DNA of 64,000 nt, taken from contig CAVRUC010000001.1 in the NCBI GenBank assembly GCA_963724295.1, positions 1-64,000 of the forward strand. The letters are read 5' to 3'. Of the stretch, positions 52,474 to 63,186 are shown piece after piece. A program made the translations under genes and the position numbers. The stretch is from an uncultured Chloroflexia bacterium. GTDB taxonomy: Bacteria; Chloroflexota; Chloroflexia; Thermomicrobiales; UBA6265. How positions within the stretch are numbered: position 1 is the stretch's first letter; every line of letters begins with the position of its first letter. Under the pieces are notes generated by a model. That model ran no database searches. It saw nothing but the letters and a program-made list of their open reading frames with translations, and was not told the DNA's origin.

Positions 52474-53322
52474 TCAACTCCCTCTCGAGGCGGGCGCGTC
52501 CGTCAGCCGCCAGAACCGCTCCACCATGGCGCCGTCACCGACTTGAGCGGCGTAGGCGGAGAGGGCTTCGTCGATCTCTCCCTGCGTCGTGCCGACGCCG
52601 ACGTATTGCAGGAAGACCGTCTCCAGTTGCGAGGGGTAGCGGAGGATCGCGTCGATCTTCTGGGACCAGGTTGATTGCGCCGGGATGCGCGCCACCGGCT
52701 CGAGCCGGGCCGTCGCGCGAACCTCCGCCAGCCGCGCGTCCAGGGCCATTGGTTTCAGCGCGTACGGAATATCTTCGTAGAACCAGACGTCCCATCCTCG
52801 TGCCGCCAGATCGTGCCCCGCCAGGTGGACGATCTGGTGATCGACGTGCTTGCCGACCCCCAACGGCGCATAGATGCGCGTGGACGCGTCAGCAGAGTCC
52901 GCGAGATCGAGCGTTGCGGCGATCGCGGCAGGCAAGGATGCCTCTTCGGCGGCTGGGGTTCCAAAGAGGTCCTCGTCGGAGAGGTAGTAGTCACCGCGAT
53001 AGATCGCATCCCGATACGGCAAGACGCGCGTTCTGGCCCCCAGAACGGCTGCCGCGGCGGCTTCCTCTGCCTGCCGGCTGGCGATCACTTCGTTCGCGGA
53101 CAGACCCCAGCGCTCGTGCATGGCCTGGGCAAATGCCGACAACGGGCGAGCCCGATCCGGCTCGGATCCGAAGACCACCAGCGTCTCTGGCGCCCGGCCG
53201 CCATCAGCGAGGAGGCAGACGGTTGCACCGGCTGATAACGGGATGTCGTCGTAGTGCGGTGACAGAAACAGGTGCCGCGTCGGGCGGGTGAGCTCCGCGG
53301 ATAGATTGTGTGCCGAGGTCAT
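52474..53322 (-). CDS. PIG-L family deacetylase
   Basis: SPHYDD, HVDH, YED-x-PY, YPSQ. Confidence 0.9.
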   Translation of the reverse strand: MTSAHNLSAELTRPTRHLFLSPHYDDIPLSAGATVCLLADGGRAPETLVVFGSEPDRARPLSAFAQAMHERWGLSANEVIASRQAEEAAAAAVLGARTRVLPYRDAIYRGDYYLSDEDLFGTPAAEEASLPAAIAATLDLADSADASTRIYAPLGVGKHVDHQIVHLAGHDLAARGWDVWFYEDIPYALKPMALDARLAEVRATARLEPVARIPAQSTWSQKIDAILRYPSQLETVFLQYVGVGTTQGEIDEALSAYAAQVGDGAMVERFWRLTDAPASRGS

Positions 53323-53418
53323 CGCTCATGCTCCTCAATGAAAGCGGCGAGGGCGCCGGGTGCTATCCCGAGCCCGCGACGAATGGCCCATGGGCCGCGC
53401 CGCGCGTGGAACCCTGCA

Positions 53419-55377
53419 CTATGCCGCGGCTGGCCGGCGCGGACCGCGAACGCGGTCGTCGCCTACGCGGCGGGTGTACTTGAGCTGGTCCAGATACTCG
53501 AGCGCGGCCTGGGCGTACTTGCGGCTGGTGCCAAAATGGTCCCGGAACTGCGACAACGTCATCGAGCCGTTGCTGTCGATGAAATCCAGGGTGCCCTGGA
53601 CGAGGGCCTCCCAGGCTTCCGGGGCGAAGTAGACGCCGTCGGCGATCTTTTTCACTTCTCTCAGGTACTCCAGCGCGGCGAGGGTCTCCGCGTCGAGCCC
53701 GTGCTCATGTGGACCGGGCGGGGTGTAGGGCTGCGCTCGGATGGCAGTCAGGTACCGATCGGCCGCGGCCCGCCTGGTCGGATCGAGTGTCATGCGGAAC
53801 GTTGGCAACCGAAGCGTTGCCCCGTCGTCGATCAGCGTGCCGGCACCGGCCATGGTGGCGACCAGGTCATCGAAGAGACGGGGTTGAACGATACCTAGCC
53901 GCCGGCGCGCGTCTTCCCGCGCCAGACCAGGTCGCAGCGGCTGGGAGGCGTGGTAGCTCCACAGCATGTCGCTGATCTGCCGGGTGAGCGATTCCAGGAG
54001 CAATGATGCGATCGCGAATTCGGTTGCTCCTGGCGCCCGCGCGGATCCACCGAGCACGACTACGTCGCCCTCCGCGATGAGCTGCGCGAGCGCCTCGTCG
54101 ACCTGCCTGGACGAGAGACCCGCGGCTCCGGCCGCGAGCTCCTTGACCTCGATCGGTCGTTGCTCGAGGGCCTGCAGCAGGATCTCATCCGGCGCACCAG
54201 CGGCCAGCGTTTCCAGCGCCGCGATGGTCTCTGGCCGGAATCGTCGGTGCCGTGGCGGATTGGGATCAACGATCTCGCCGCCACCGAGTGTCTCGCTTGG
54301 CGATGGACGTCGCACGATGAAGCGATCGTTTCTCAGCACCGCGATCGGCGCCCGAAAGCGGAGTTGCACCCAGGCGCTCTCCCCGGGATCCAGGCGCTCG
54401 CGGTCGAGCAGGGTGATGCGCGCGGGGAGCTCGGCGGCCCCGGTAAAGAAATCGATCTCGTCATTCTGCTTCAGGGCAACCGGCGCGTCGGGCAAGAGTC
54501 GAAGACGGACGTCGAGGCGCTGGCTGGGGCTCATGATCCCGGGCCGGGCCAGCACGTCGCCGCGCCGGACCTCCTCCGTGGTGATACCGGACAGGTTCAC
54601 AGCCGTGCGCCGGCCCGGTAGCGCGCGGGAAACCTTTTCCTGGTGGCTTTGCAGGCCCCGCACGCGGGCACGGCGATCGCCGGGGTACAGGCGCAGCTCA
54701 TCGCCGGTGTTGATCTCGCCCCCACTCAGCGTGCCGGTGACAACGGTACCGAATCCAGAGACGGAGAACACACGGTCCACCGGCAACCGAGGGGTGCTTC
54801 CACCGGGCGTGCCGGGCGTTGAGGACAGCACCGCTTCCAGCGTGTCCAGGAGAATCGGGAGTCCTTCGCCGGCGAGGGCGGACACCGTCACGATTGGGGC
54901 GTTCGCCATGGTCGTGGTCGAGACCAACTCGCGGACCTCTTCGCGCACCAGATCGAGCCAGTCTCCTTCCACGGCGTCGGCTTTGGTCAGTACGATCACA
55001 CCGCGGTCCACGCCAAGCAGATCGAGAATCGCCAGGTGCTCGACGGTCTGCGGCATGGGACCTTCGTCGGCCGCGACGACGAGCAACGCCGCGTCGATGC
55101 CGCCGACACCGGCCAGCATGTTCTTGATGAACCGCTCGTGACCGGGGACGTCGACGACGCTGACACTCTGACCGCCCGGCAGCGTCAGCCACGCGAACCC
55201 GAGATCGATGGTCATTGCCCGGGCTTTTTCCTCGGCGAGCCGATCGGGGTCGATGCCGGTGAGTGCTTTGACGAGCGTCGACTTCCCGTGGTCGACGTGA
55301 CCAGCCGTGCCGATCACGAATGGGCGCATGGGGGTCAGTGTGGCGATCTGTGCGTCGCTGGCAGCCGGTTGCGTCAT
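53419..55377 (-). CDS. selB: Selenocysteine-specific elongation factor
   Basis: [24 protein letters not shown]; winged-helix C-terminus with SRKY and RVGD. Confidence 0.96.
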   Translation of the reverse strand: MTQPAASDAQIATLTPMRPFVIGTAGHVDHGKSTLVKALTGIDPDRLAEEKARAMTIDLGFAWLTLPGGQSVSVVDVPGHERFIKNMLAGVGGIDAALLVVAADEGPMPQTVEHLAILDLLGVDRGVIVLTKADAVEGDWLDLVREEVRELVSTTTMANAPIVTVSALAGEGLPILLDTLEAVLSSTPGTPGGSTPRLPVDRVFSVSGFGTVVTGTLSGGEINTGDELRLYPGDRRARVRGLQSHQEKVSRALPGRRTAVNLSGITTEEVRRGDVLARPGIMSPSQRLDVRLRLLPDAPVALKQNDEIDFFTGAAELPARITLLDRERLDPGESAWVQLRFRAPIAVLRNDRFIVRRPSPSETLGGGEIVDPNPPRHRRFRPETIAALETLAAGAPDEILLQALEQRPIEVKELAAGAAGLSSRQVDEALAQLIAEGDVVVLGGSARAPGATEFAIASLLLESLTRQISDMLWSYHASQPLRPGLAREDARRRLGIVQPRLFDDLVATMAGAGTLIDDGATLRLPTFRMTLDPTRRAAADRYLTAIRAQPYTPPGPHEHGLDAETLAALEYLREVKKIADGVYFAPEAWEALVQGTLDFIDSNGSMTLSQFRDHFGTSRKYAQAALEYLDQLKYTRRVGDDRVRGPRRPAAA

Positions 55378-55441
55378 GATGGTGAATCAGTCATTTCCGT
55401 GCCGCCGGCGAAGAATTTCCTTCGCGGCGGTTCCCCAGAAG

Positions 55442-55480
55442 TTCAAACTCTTTAAACCCTTCAAACTCTTCATACTCTTC
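55442..55480. repeat. AT-rich 9-mer tandem repeat (TTCAAACTC, about 4 copies)
   Basis: TTCAAACTC TTTAAACCC TTCAAACTC TTCATACTC TTC. Confidence 0.75.
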
Positions 55481-55636
55481 GCGTCGAGCATCGTGCGGTC
55501 CCGGCCTTCAGCTGGTGACCGGTCGCCTTGCCGTGATCTTTCCGGATGTGCCAGACCGTTCTCTCACTATCGTACTGAAAGAAGGGGAGGGTGAAGGCTT
55601 TCCGCCCTCATAGACAATGCTCGACCGGATCCGGAA

Positions 55637-56524
55637 TCAGGCAGTCACCATGGCGCGAAGAAGCTCGCCATCGAACCACCCGCCCCCGACCGGAACGGCG
55701 AATCCGCCCACCTCGATGCGCGTCGCACTGTCGGCATCGCCTGAGACACGCGCGAAAAGCTCGCTCGGCCGGCCGATCTCGGCGCCCTGTGCGATGCGGA
55801 TCTCTGTGTCCCACGGGATGCGCCCGTGGCGAGCAAGATGCAACGCCAGGGGTCCGGCGGCGGAGCCCGTTGCGGCGTCCTCGGCGATATCATCGGCCGG
55901 CGCGAACATGCGTGTCTTCCAGGCGAGACCCGATCCGGAAAAGACGTTGAACCCCATGAGCGGCGTGCCGGATGCCGCGGCGAGCGCACTCAGGGTAGAG
56001 AAGTCCGGTTTGAGCGCGGCGACGTCGTGCGGGCGCTCCAGCATGACATAGACGTGTTGAAGACCGTTGTCGTAGATGGTCACCGGGAGGATGGACCGCT
56101 CGACACCGAGGGCGCGGATAACATCGTCGGCCTTGTCATAAAGCTCGAACGCCGGAATCGGCTGCTCCATCACTCCGCGCGTGGCTGGAACCGCCGCGCG
56201 GTCGATGCCCACCGGGACCGGTCCTCGCCCCGTCTCCAGGACGACGCGGTCTTTGCCGAGATTCGTTGCTACGACGACCGCCGTTCCCAGCACCGGATGC
56301 CCGGCGAACGGCACTTCGCTCGTCGGAGTGAAGATCCGAATTCGGGCGTCGGCGCCCTCCAGCTCGGGGTAGACAAAGACGGTCTCTGAGTAGCCGATCT
56401 CGAGCGCGAGTGGTTGCAGGAGTGACTCGGGGATGCCTGCCGCGTCCTCGAAGACGGCGAGCTGGTTTCCTGCCAGCGGGCGTTCGGTAAAAACGTCGAC
56501 GAGGCGAAATGGCCAGCGTTCCAC
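55637..56524 (-). CDS. PhzF-family isomerase
   Basis: [24 protein letters not shown] and QG-x-EIGRPS motifs; AGGAGG RBS overlaps the upstream stop. Confidence 0.92.
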   Translation of the reverse strand: MERWPFRLVDVFTERPLAGNQLAVFEDAAGIPESLLQPLALEIGYSETVFVYPELEGADARIRIFTPTSEVPFAGHPVLGTAVVVATNLGKDRVVLETGRGPVPVGIDRAAVPATRGVMEQPIPAFELYDKADDVIRALGVERSILPVTIYDNGLQHVYVMLERPHDVAALKPDFSTLSALAAASGTPLMGFNVFSGSGLAWKTRMFAPADDIAEDAATGSAAGPLALHLARHGRIPWDTEIRIAQGAEIGRPSELFARVSGDADSATRIEVGGFAVPVGGGWFDGELLRAMVTA

Positions 56525-56532
56525 GGGTCCTC

Positions 56533-57579
<1,047 letters not shown>

Positions 57580-57602
57580 CGCGGTCTCCTATCACTGCGG
57601 GC

Positions 57603-57630
57603 AACAAAAAACCGAGGTCTATGCCTCGGT
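57603..57630 (-). terminator. Attenuator terminator of aroF
   Basis: ACCGAGG/CCTCGGT stem followed by TTTTTGTT on the minus strand, just upstream of the aroF RBS. Confidence 0.85.
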
Positions 57631-57662
57631 CCCCCGGCGCTGCGTTCTGGTCTACTGGGACG

Positions 57663-57797
57663 TTAGTGGCTCATCGCCTCCCGTCCCGCCAGCAGCGCCG
57701 GGGGAACGTAGCCAAAAAAGACGAAGCCGTACCAGCGGGCGGCAGCCGGCCCGTGGTCGCGGATGGTCTTGCTTGGAGTCCCGACGCTTCTGTGCAT
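57663..57797 (-). CDS. aroF leader peptide (44 aa, WYGFVFFGY)
   Basis: Six aromatic codons within nine, including TTT TTT; ATG at the predicted +1. Confidence 0.8.
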   Translation of the reverse strand: MHRSVGTPSKTIRDHGPAAARWYGFVFFGYVPPALLAGREAMSH

Positions 57798-57803
57798 GGC
57801 CGC

Positions 57804-57832
57804 ACGGTAGCGGGGAAACCCACATCTGTCAA
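57804..57832 (-). promoter_or_regulatory. Sigma70-type promoter of the aroF leader
   Basis: TTGACA (57827-57832), 17 nt, TACCGT (57804-57809), 6 nt, ATG. Confidence 0.8.
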
Positions 57833-57885
57833 GCCGCTCGTCCAGTAGACTCTGGGCTTTGCGCGAGATTCGACTGGAGAGACTC

Positions 57886-58530
57886 GTGACATCGGCGGAG
57901 GGAGGCCCCTCGCCTTTGCGCTTGACGCGCAGCCCGCGTCTGGACAATGCGCTGCGACTGGGCTGGGAATCGTTCTCGCGCACGCTCGCGGCCGCGGGCC
58001 CGGAGGAGGCCGCGCGCTGGCTCTCTGCCAGAACCGGCGATCCAGAGCTGGCTGAAGTCGCCGAGTCGCTTCTGGGGTCGGCGCTCGGCGGCGATCCGGA
58101 CGAGGCGGCGGATGCGTTATTCGGCCTCGCCGAACTGGCCGAGGAGACCGAGGACGATCTCCTGGCCGATACCCTCTGGGAGGGGGTGCTCGACCTGTCC
58201 CGGAGGGCGGATGACGGGGATCTCATGGCCGAGGCGACGCGGCGTCTTGCCGCGGTAGCGGAGCGGAACGGGGATCCTCTCGCCGCGGCCGAGTTCTTCA
58301 TCGAGTTTCTCACCTGGCGTCGTCAGCCGGAGCATTCCTCCGACCCCGAGGACGTCGAGGTCGCCTTCGATGAGATCGTGCGGCTGGCGACCGCCGATGG
58401 GGCGCAGCAGGCTGCCGCGCAGTACGCCTATTGCCAGGTCGGGTTCACGAAGCTCCTCGAAGCGGACGACCCGCGAGCGGTCGAAGGCGACTGGGAGGCC
58501 GACCCGCTTCCGTATCAAACGTGGTCCTAG
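57886..58530 (+). CDS. Hypothetical helical acidic protein
   Basis: GGAG RBS and GTG; good codon usage. Confidence 0.7.
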   Translation: MTSAEGGPSPLRLTRSPRLDNALRLGWESFSRTLAAAGPEEAARWLSARTGDPELAEVAESLLGSALGGDPDEAADALFGLAELAEETEDDLLADTLWEGVLDLSRRADDGDLMAEATRRLAAVAERNGDPLAAAEFFIEFLTWRRQPEHSSDPEDVEVAFDEIVRLATADGAQQAAAQYAYCQVGFTKLLEADDPRAVEGDWEADPLPYQTWS

Positions 58531-58619
58531 GCAGGTGAAATGCCCCCCGCTGCTTTCGCGCCGCCGCCGGGCGTGGCACAATGCCGAATTGAATCATCGC
58601 CAACACTCTGGAGTACACC

Positions 58620-58970
58620 GTGAAGGTCACTGAAGGTTTACAGATCATCCGCCAACGCCTCGTCGAAAACGGGGCCACAGCCGAGACGTTGACCCTGGTC
58701 GACACGATCATGCAGCGAGCGTCGCTGCCTGCCGCGGCTTCCGCCTCGACGCAATCGCTCTTGCAGCTCGTGCGCATGCTGGCGCGCTCGCCGGTCGCCA
58801 GCAACAACATCGCCGTCTACAACGATCTGCTCCGCCTTGAGGAGGATCTTCAGTCGGCGGCGCAGCAGTATCACGAGCGGATGGAGGCGGAGGAATCAAA
58901 ACCGATTCCGAAGACAAAGAAGCACTACAAGCAGATCAAAGAGCGCGAGGAGCGCAAGAGCCGCACCTGA
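58620..58970 (+). CDS. Hypothetical protein with basic C-terminus
   Basis: GGAG RBS; coiled-coil and PKTKKHYK tail. Confidence 0.75.
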   Translation: MKVTEGLQIIRQRLVENGATAETLTLVDTIMQRASLPAAASASTQSLLQLVRMLARSPVASNNIAVYNDLLRLEEDLQSAAQQYHERMEAEESKPIPKTKKHYKQIKEREERKSRT

Positions 58971-59048
58971 GCCGGGGTGCAGACCGGGCGACAAATCCAG
59001 GATCGAGTCCAGACGCGAGAAACCGATAAGCGAGAAGGAGACCGGGTG

Positions 59049-60347
59049 ATGGCGCAAGTCCTCGAACGCGTGCAAGAGATGCTCAATCCGGCGGAGATCA
59101 TGCCGCGTGTTATCGGACGGTACTCGTCGCTCCACATCGACCACGGCAAGGGCGTCTATGTCTGGGATGTCAACGGCGAGCGCTACGCCGACTTCACATC
59201 AGGAATTGCGGTGGTCAATACCGGCCACTGCCATCCCCGGGTGGTGGCGGCGATCCAGGACCAGGCCGCTCGAATTATTCACGCGCAGGCGAACATCCTG
59301 GCTCACTCCCCGATGCTGCGCGCCGCCAAGCTCCTCACCGAGACGACCGCACCGAACCTCAACCAGGTCTTTTGGACAAATAGCGGCGCCGAGGCGACGG
59401 AGGGAGCGATCAAGCTGGCCAAGGTCGCTACGGGGCGGCCCGCCATCATCGCCTTCCGCCATGCATTCCACGGCCGGACCCACGCCGCGATGGCGGTGAC
59501 CTCCTCGCGGGTGAAGGTGCGTGGACATTACGAGCCTCTAATTCCCAGCGTCTACCACGCGCCGTTCCCCTATATGTTCCGCAGCCCCTACAAGGGCGCA
59601 CCGGAGGATGCCGATCTCTACTACTTCGCCGAGCTGGAGGCGCTTTTCGACCAGATGGTGATGCCGGACGATGTCGCCGGCATCCTGATCGAGACCGTGG
59701 TCGGTGAGGGCGGCTATCTCGTCCCGACCAGGCGCTGGCTGCAAATGGTGCGGGCGTTGTGCGACAAGCACGGCATCATGCTCATCCTCGACGAGGTCCA
59801 GTCCGGGATGGGGCGGACCGGGAAGATGTGGGCCTACGAGCACTTCGACGTCGTGCCGGACATCATGACCACGGCAAAAGGTCTGGCCTCCGGGATGCCG
59901 GTGGCGGCGGTGGTTGCGGATCGCGCGCAGATGGACAAGTGGGCACCCGGCTCACACGGCGGAACCTACGGTGGCAACGCGGTCGGGACCGCGGCCGCGG
60001 CCGCGACCCTCGAGGTGATGCGCGACGAGGACCTGCCGGGGAATGCCGCCCGCATGGGTGCGATTCTGATCGAAGGCCTGCGCGAGATTCAGGCCGACTA
60101 CCCGATCATTGGCGATGTGCGCGGGCTCGGACTGATGGTCGCCACCGAGTTTGTAAATCCTGACGGCTCGCCGAACCCCGAGGCGGTGAAGCAGGTCGTG
60201 GCGCAAGCCTTCGCGGAGAAGACGCTCCTGATCACCTGTGGCACCTACGATCAGGCAATCCGGATCGTACCGCCGCTGGTCGTGAACGAAGAGCAGATTC
60301 GCGACTTTCTCGACGTCTACCGGCGGGCCGTGGCATCCGTCGGCTGA
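59049..60347 (+). CDS. Class III PLP aminotransferase (4-aminobutyrate aminotransferase-like)
   Basis: NSGAE, FHGRT, DEVQSGMGRTG, AKG, HGGTYGGN. Confidence 0.9.
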   Translation: MAQVLERVQEMLNPAEIMPRVIGRYSSLHIDHGKGVYVWDVNGERYADFTSGIAVVNTGHCHPRVVAAIQDQAARIIHAQANILAHSPMLRAAKLLTETTAPNLNQVFWTNSGAEATEGAIKLAKVATGRPAIIAFRHAFHGRTHAAMAVTSSRVKVRGHYEPLIPSVYHAPFPYMFRSPYKGAPEDADLYYFAELEALFDQMVMPDDVAGILIETVVGEGGYLVPTRRWLQMVRALCDKHGIMLILDEVQSGMGRTGKMWAYEHFDVVPDIMTTAKGLASGMPVAAVVADRAQMDKWAPGSHGGTYGGNAVGTAAAAATLEVMRDEDLPGNAARMGAILIEGLREIQADYPIIGDVRGLGLMVATEFVNPDGSPNPEAVKQVVAQAFAEKTLLITCGTYDQAIRIVPPLVVNEEQIRDFLDVYRRAVASVG

Positions 60348-60398
60348 CATCCCGGGGCGCGGGTTCCGTTCCTTAGACCGTCGCCCTCGCCCCGCGAA

Positions 60399-60523
60399 CC
60401 CTCACCCCTAACCCCCTCTCCTGTCTCCGACGGGAGAGGGGGCTTTCTCGTGCAGCCACCGTCCGTGCTCCCTTCTCCCCGCTCCGAGGGGGCTAGGGGA
60501 AGAGAAGGGTGGGGGATGAGAGG
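60399..60523. repeat. REP-like element CCCTCACCCC..CCCTCTCC..GGAGAGGG
   Basis: Two hairpins in inverted arrangement; shares a 23-mer with 35812-35834. Confidence 0.7.
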
Positions 60524-60578
60524 TTGCCCCTCGGCTATCATTGCCGCCAGCTAATGTGAGATTCGAGGATTCCATGCG

Positions 60579-61673
60579 ATGAACTCGTTTCTGGACACCC
60601 TGGTCGATATCGAGAGCCGCTTCGACGAGCTCGAGCAGCTGATGGCCGATCCCACGGTCACCGCCGATCACTTGCGCCTGCAGGAGATCGGCCGCGAACG
60701 CGCGGAGCTGGACGGGGTGGTGACCGCGTTCCGCCAACTGCGTGATACGGACGCGGCGATAGCGGAAACAGAGGTATTGGCGGCGGATCCCGAGATGGCC
60801 GACCTTGCCGCCGAGGAGCTGCGGGCACTGCGTGATCGTCACCAGACGCTGATGGACCAGGTGCGCACGTTGCTCATTCCAAAGGATCCCAACGACGACA
60901 AGAATGTCATTGTCGAGATCCGGGCCGGCACCGGAGGCGATGAGGCGGCGCTCTTTGCCGCCGACCTGTTCCGGATGTACACCCGCTTCGCGGAACGCAA
61001 TCGTTGGAAGACTGAGATCTTGTCGGCGACGGAAACCGATGGCGGAGGCTTTCGAGAGATCATCTTCGAAGTACGGGGCAAGGGCGCCTACAGCCATCTC
61101 CGCTACGAAAGCGGGGTGCACCGCGTGCAGCGGGTGCCGGCGACCGAGCGCCAAGGTCGAATTCACACCTCCACCGCCAGCGTCGCCGTCTTGCCTGAAG
61201 CGGAGGAAGTCGATATCCAGGTCAATGACAATGATCTGCGTGTCGACGTCTATCGCTCGACCGGGCACGGTGGGCAGAGCGTCAACACCACCGACTCGGC
61301 GGTTCGCATCACCCACCTGCCGACCGGCATCGTCGTCACCTGCCAGGATGAAAAGTCGCAGCTCAAGAACAAGACCAAGGCGATGACCGTTCTCCGCTCG
61401 CGGCTCTACGAGATGGAGCAGCAGCGCCTTTCACAGGAGCGGGGTGACGCGCGCCGCTCCCAGATTGGGAGTGGCGACCGCTCGGAGAAGATCCGCACCT
61501 ACAACTTCCCCCAGGATCGCATCACCGACCATCGCGTCAATCTCAGCCTGAGCAATATTCCAGGTGTCCTCGATGGGCAGATCGACCCCCTGGTGAACGA
61601 GCTTCGCAACGCGGACGAGGCTGAGCGTCTGCGTGAGGCTGGCCTCGAGGAGCAAAGCGCCGCCGCCGACTGA
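60579..61673 (+). CDS. prfA: Peptide chain release factor 1
   Basis: PAT stop-recognition motif, GGQ, RTYNFPQ. Confidence 0.98.
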   Translation: MNSFLDTLVDIESRFDELEQLMADPTVTADHLRLQEIGRERAELDGVVTAFRQLRDTDAAIAETEVLAADPEMADLAAEELRALRDRHQTLMDQVRTLLIPKDPNDDKNVIVEIRAGTGGDEAALFAADLFRMYTRFAERNRWKTEILSATETDGGGFREIIFEVRGKGAYSHLRYESGVHRVQRVPATERQGRIHTSTASVAVLPEAEEVDIQVNDNDLRVDVYRSTGHGGQSVNTTDSAVRITHLPTGIVVTCQDEKSQLKNKTKAMTVLRSRLYEMEQQRLSQERGDARRSQIGSGDRSEKIRTYNFPQDRITDHRVNLSLSNIPGVLDGQIDPLVNELRNADEAERLREAGLEEQSAAAD

Positions 61674-61744
61674 GCGGCCCCGCCGAGCCCCTGTGCTATC
61701 GTTTTTGGCCGTTGGGTGGTGCACGTTTGCGGGAGAAAAGTTTG

Positions 61745-63019
61745 ATGGTCGACGCGCTTGCTATGACCCGGCAGCGTCCGGTTCCCGAGTCTCCAGTCAG
61801 TCCGGAAGAGGTGGCCGGGACCCGGAGGCCGACACTGCAAGCATGCGTGCTGCCACCCCGCACGTTCCACGACCAGGACGTCTTCGACTACGAGCAGGAT
61901 GCCTGGTTTGCCGGTGGCTGGGTCAGCGTCGGTCGCGCCGAAGATGCGGAGACGGCGGGGCAGTACTTCCTGGCGCCGGTGGCCGGCGAAAATCTCATCA
62001 TCGTCCGCGGCAACGACGGCGAATTGCGCGGTTTCTACAACGTCTGCCGGCATCGCGGAGCGACGATCGTCGAAGAGGAGTCTGGCACGCTGCCGCGGTT
62101 TCAGTGCCCGTACCATGCCTGGATTTACGATCTGCAAGGGGCGCTCAAGCAGCCGCGACACACGGAGCTGCTGGTCGATTTCGACCCGGACAAGTGGGGT
62201 CTCATTCCGGTACGCGTCGACACCTGGCAGGGGATCGTCTACGCCGATCTGTCGGGCAGCGCGGAGCCGCTGCACGACTTCCTAGGTGACATCGTCTCGA
62301 CGTTCGATCGGTTCGATCTCGGTTCGCTACGTCGGGTGCGGCGCATCGACTATGACGTCAAGGCAAACTGGAAGGCCATCGTCGAGAATTACCAGGAGTG
62401 CTACCACTGCCCCGGCGTCCATCCCCAGCTGAACCGCATCACGCCGTACACCTCGGGGAGCTATCTGCCATCAGATGGCGCGGCGATGAACAGCTACATG
62501 GAGGTTCTGCCGCAGTACGAGACGCTGTCGATGACGGGCGCGGCGGACGGCCGGGACCCGATGCCGGGGATGACCGAGGACGACCACAAGCGCGTCTACT
62601 ACTCCGCGATCTGGCCCAACGTGCTGTTCAGCTTGCACCCCGACTACTTGATGTTGCATTGGGTCACGCCGCTGGAACCGGGCCGCACGCTGGTGCGGTG
62701 CGAGTGGTTCTTCGATCCGCGGGAGATGGCCAAACCGGATTTCAACCCGGACGAAGCGATCGAGTTCTGGGACCTCACCAACCGCCAGGACTGGCATGTC
62801 TGTGAACTGCAGCAGCAGGGGACCAGGTCACGCGCGTACACGCCCGGCCGGTACTCCTCGATGGAGAGCAGCGTCCACGGTTTCGATCTGATGGTCGCCG
62901 ACCGCTACGCGAACGACGGCGTCGTGACGCCCCAGGGACGAGTCTCCAAGCAGGAAAGCAGCGCGGCCATCAAGGATCGCGCCAAGCGCCTGGCTCAGGG
63001 CAACGCCGCGGCTGACTGA
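61745..63019 (+). CDS. Rieske oxygenase alpha subunit (choline/glycine-betaine monooxygenase-like)
   Basis: CRH..CPYH Rieske ligands; ENYQECYHC..H and QD iron ligands. Confidence 0.9.
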   Translation: MVDALAMTRQRPVPESPVSPEEVAGTRRPTLQACVLPPRTFHDQDVFDYEQDAWFAGGWVSVGRAEDAETAGQYFLAPVAGENLIIVRGNDGELRGFYNVCRHRGATIVEEESGTLPRFQCPYHAWIYDLQGALKQPRHTELLVDFDPDKWGLIPVRVDTWQGIVYADLSGSAEPLHDFLGDIVSTFDRFDLGSLRRVRRIDYDVKANWKAIVENYQECYHCPGVHPQLNRITPYTSGSYLPSDGAAMNSYMEVLPQYETLSMTGAADGRDPMPGMTEDDHKRVYYSAIWPNVLFSLHPDYLMLHWVTPLEPGRTLVRCEWFFDPREMAKPDFNPDEAIEFWDLTNRQDWHVCELQQQGTRSRAYTPGRYSSMESSVHGFDLMVADRYANDGVVTPQGRVSKQESSAAIKDRAKRLAQGNAAAD

Positions 63020-63020
63020 C

Positions 63021-63179
63021 GGGGGTGATTGCTCCCTGCGGGAGCGGTGTAAGGGTGATTACTCGCTGCGCTCGTGGTGACAGGGTCGCGGGGTTCGGGG
63101 TGTTGAGCAGTCGTTCTGCCGGTCACCCTGCCACCCTGTGACCCAGCCACCCATCACCCGACACCCACTACCCAACACC
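63021..63179. repeat. GGGTGAT-armed palindromic repeat, copy 4 (inverted)
   Basis: Core GGGTGATTACTCGCTGCGCTCGTGGT at 63053-63078; GCTCCCTGCGG shared with copy 3. Confidence 0.8.
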
Positions 63180-63186
63180 GTCGTCT

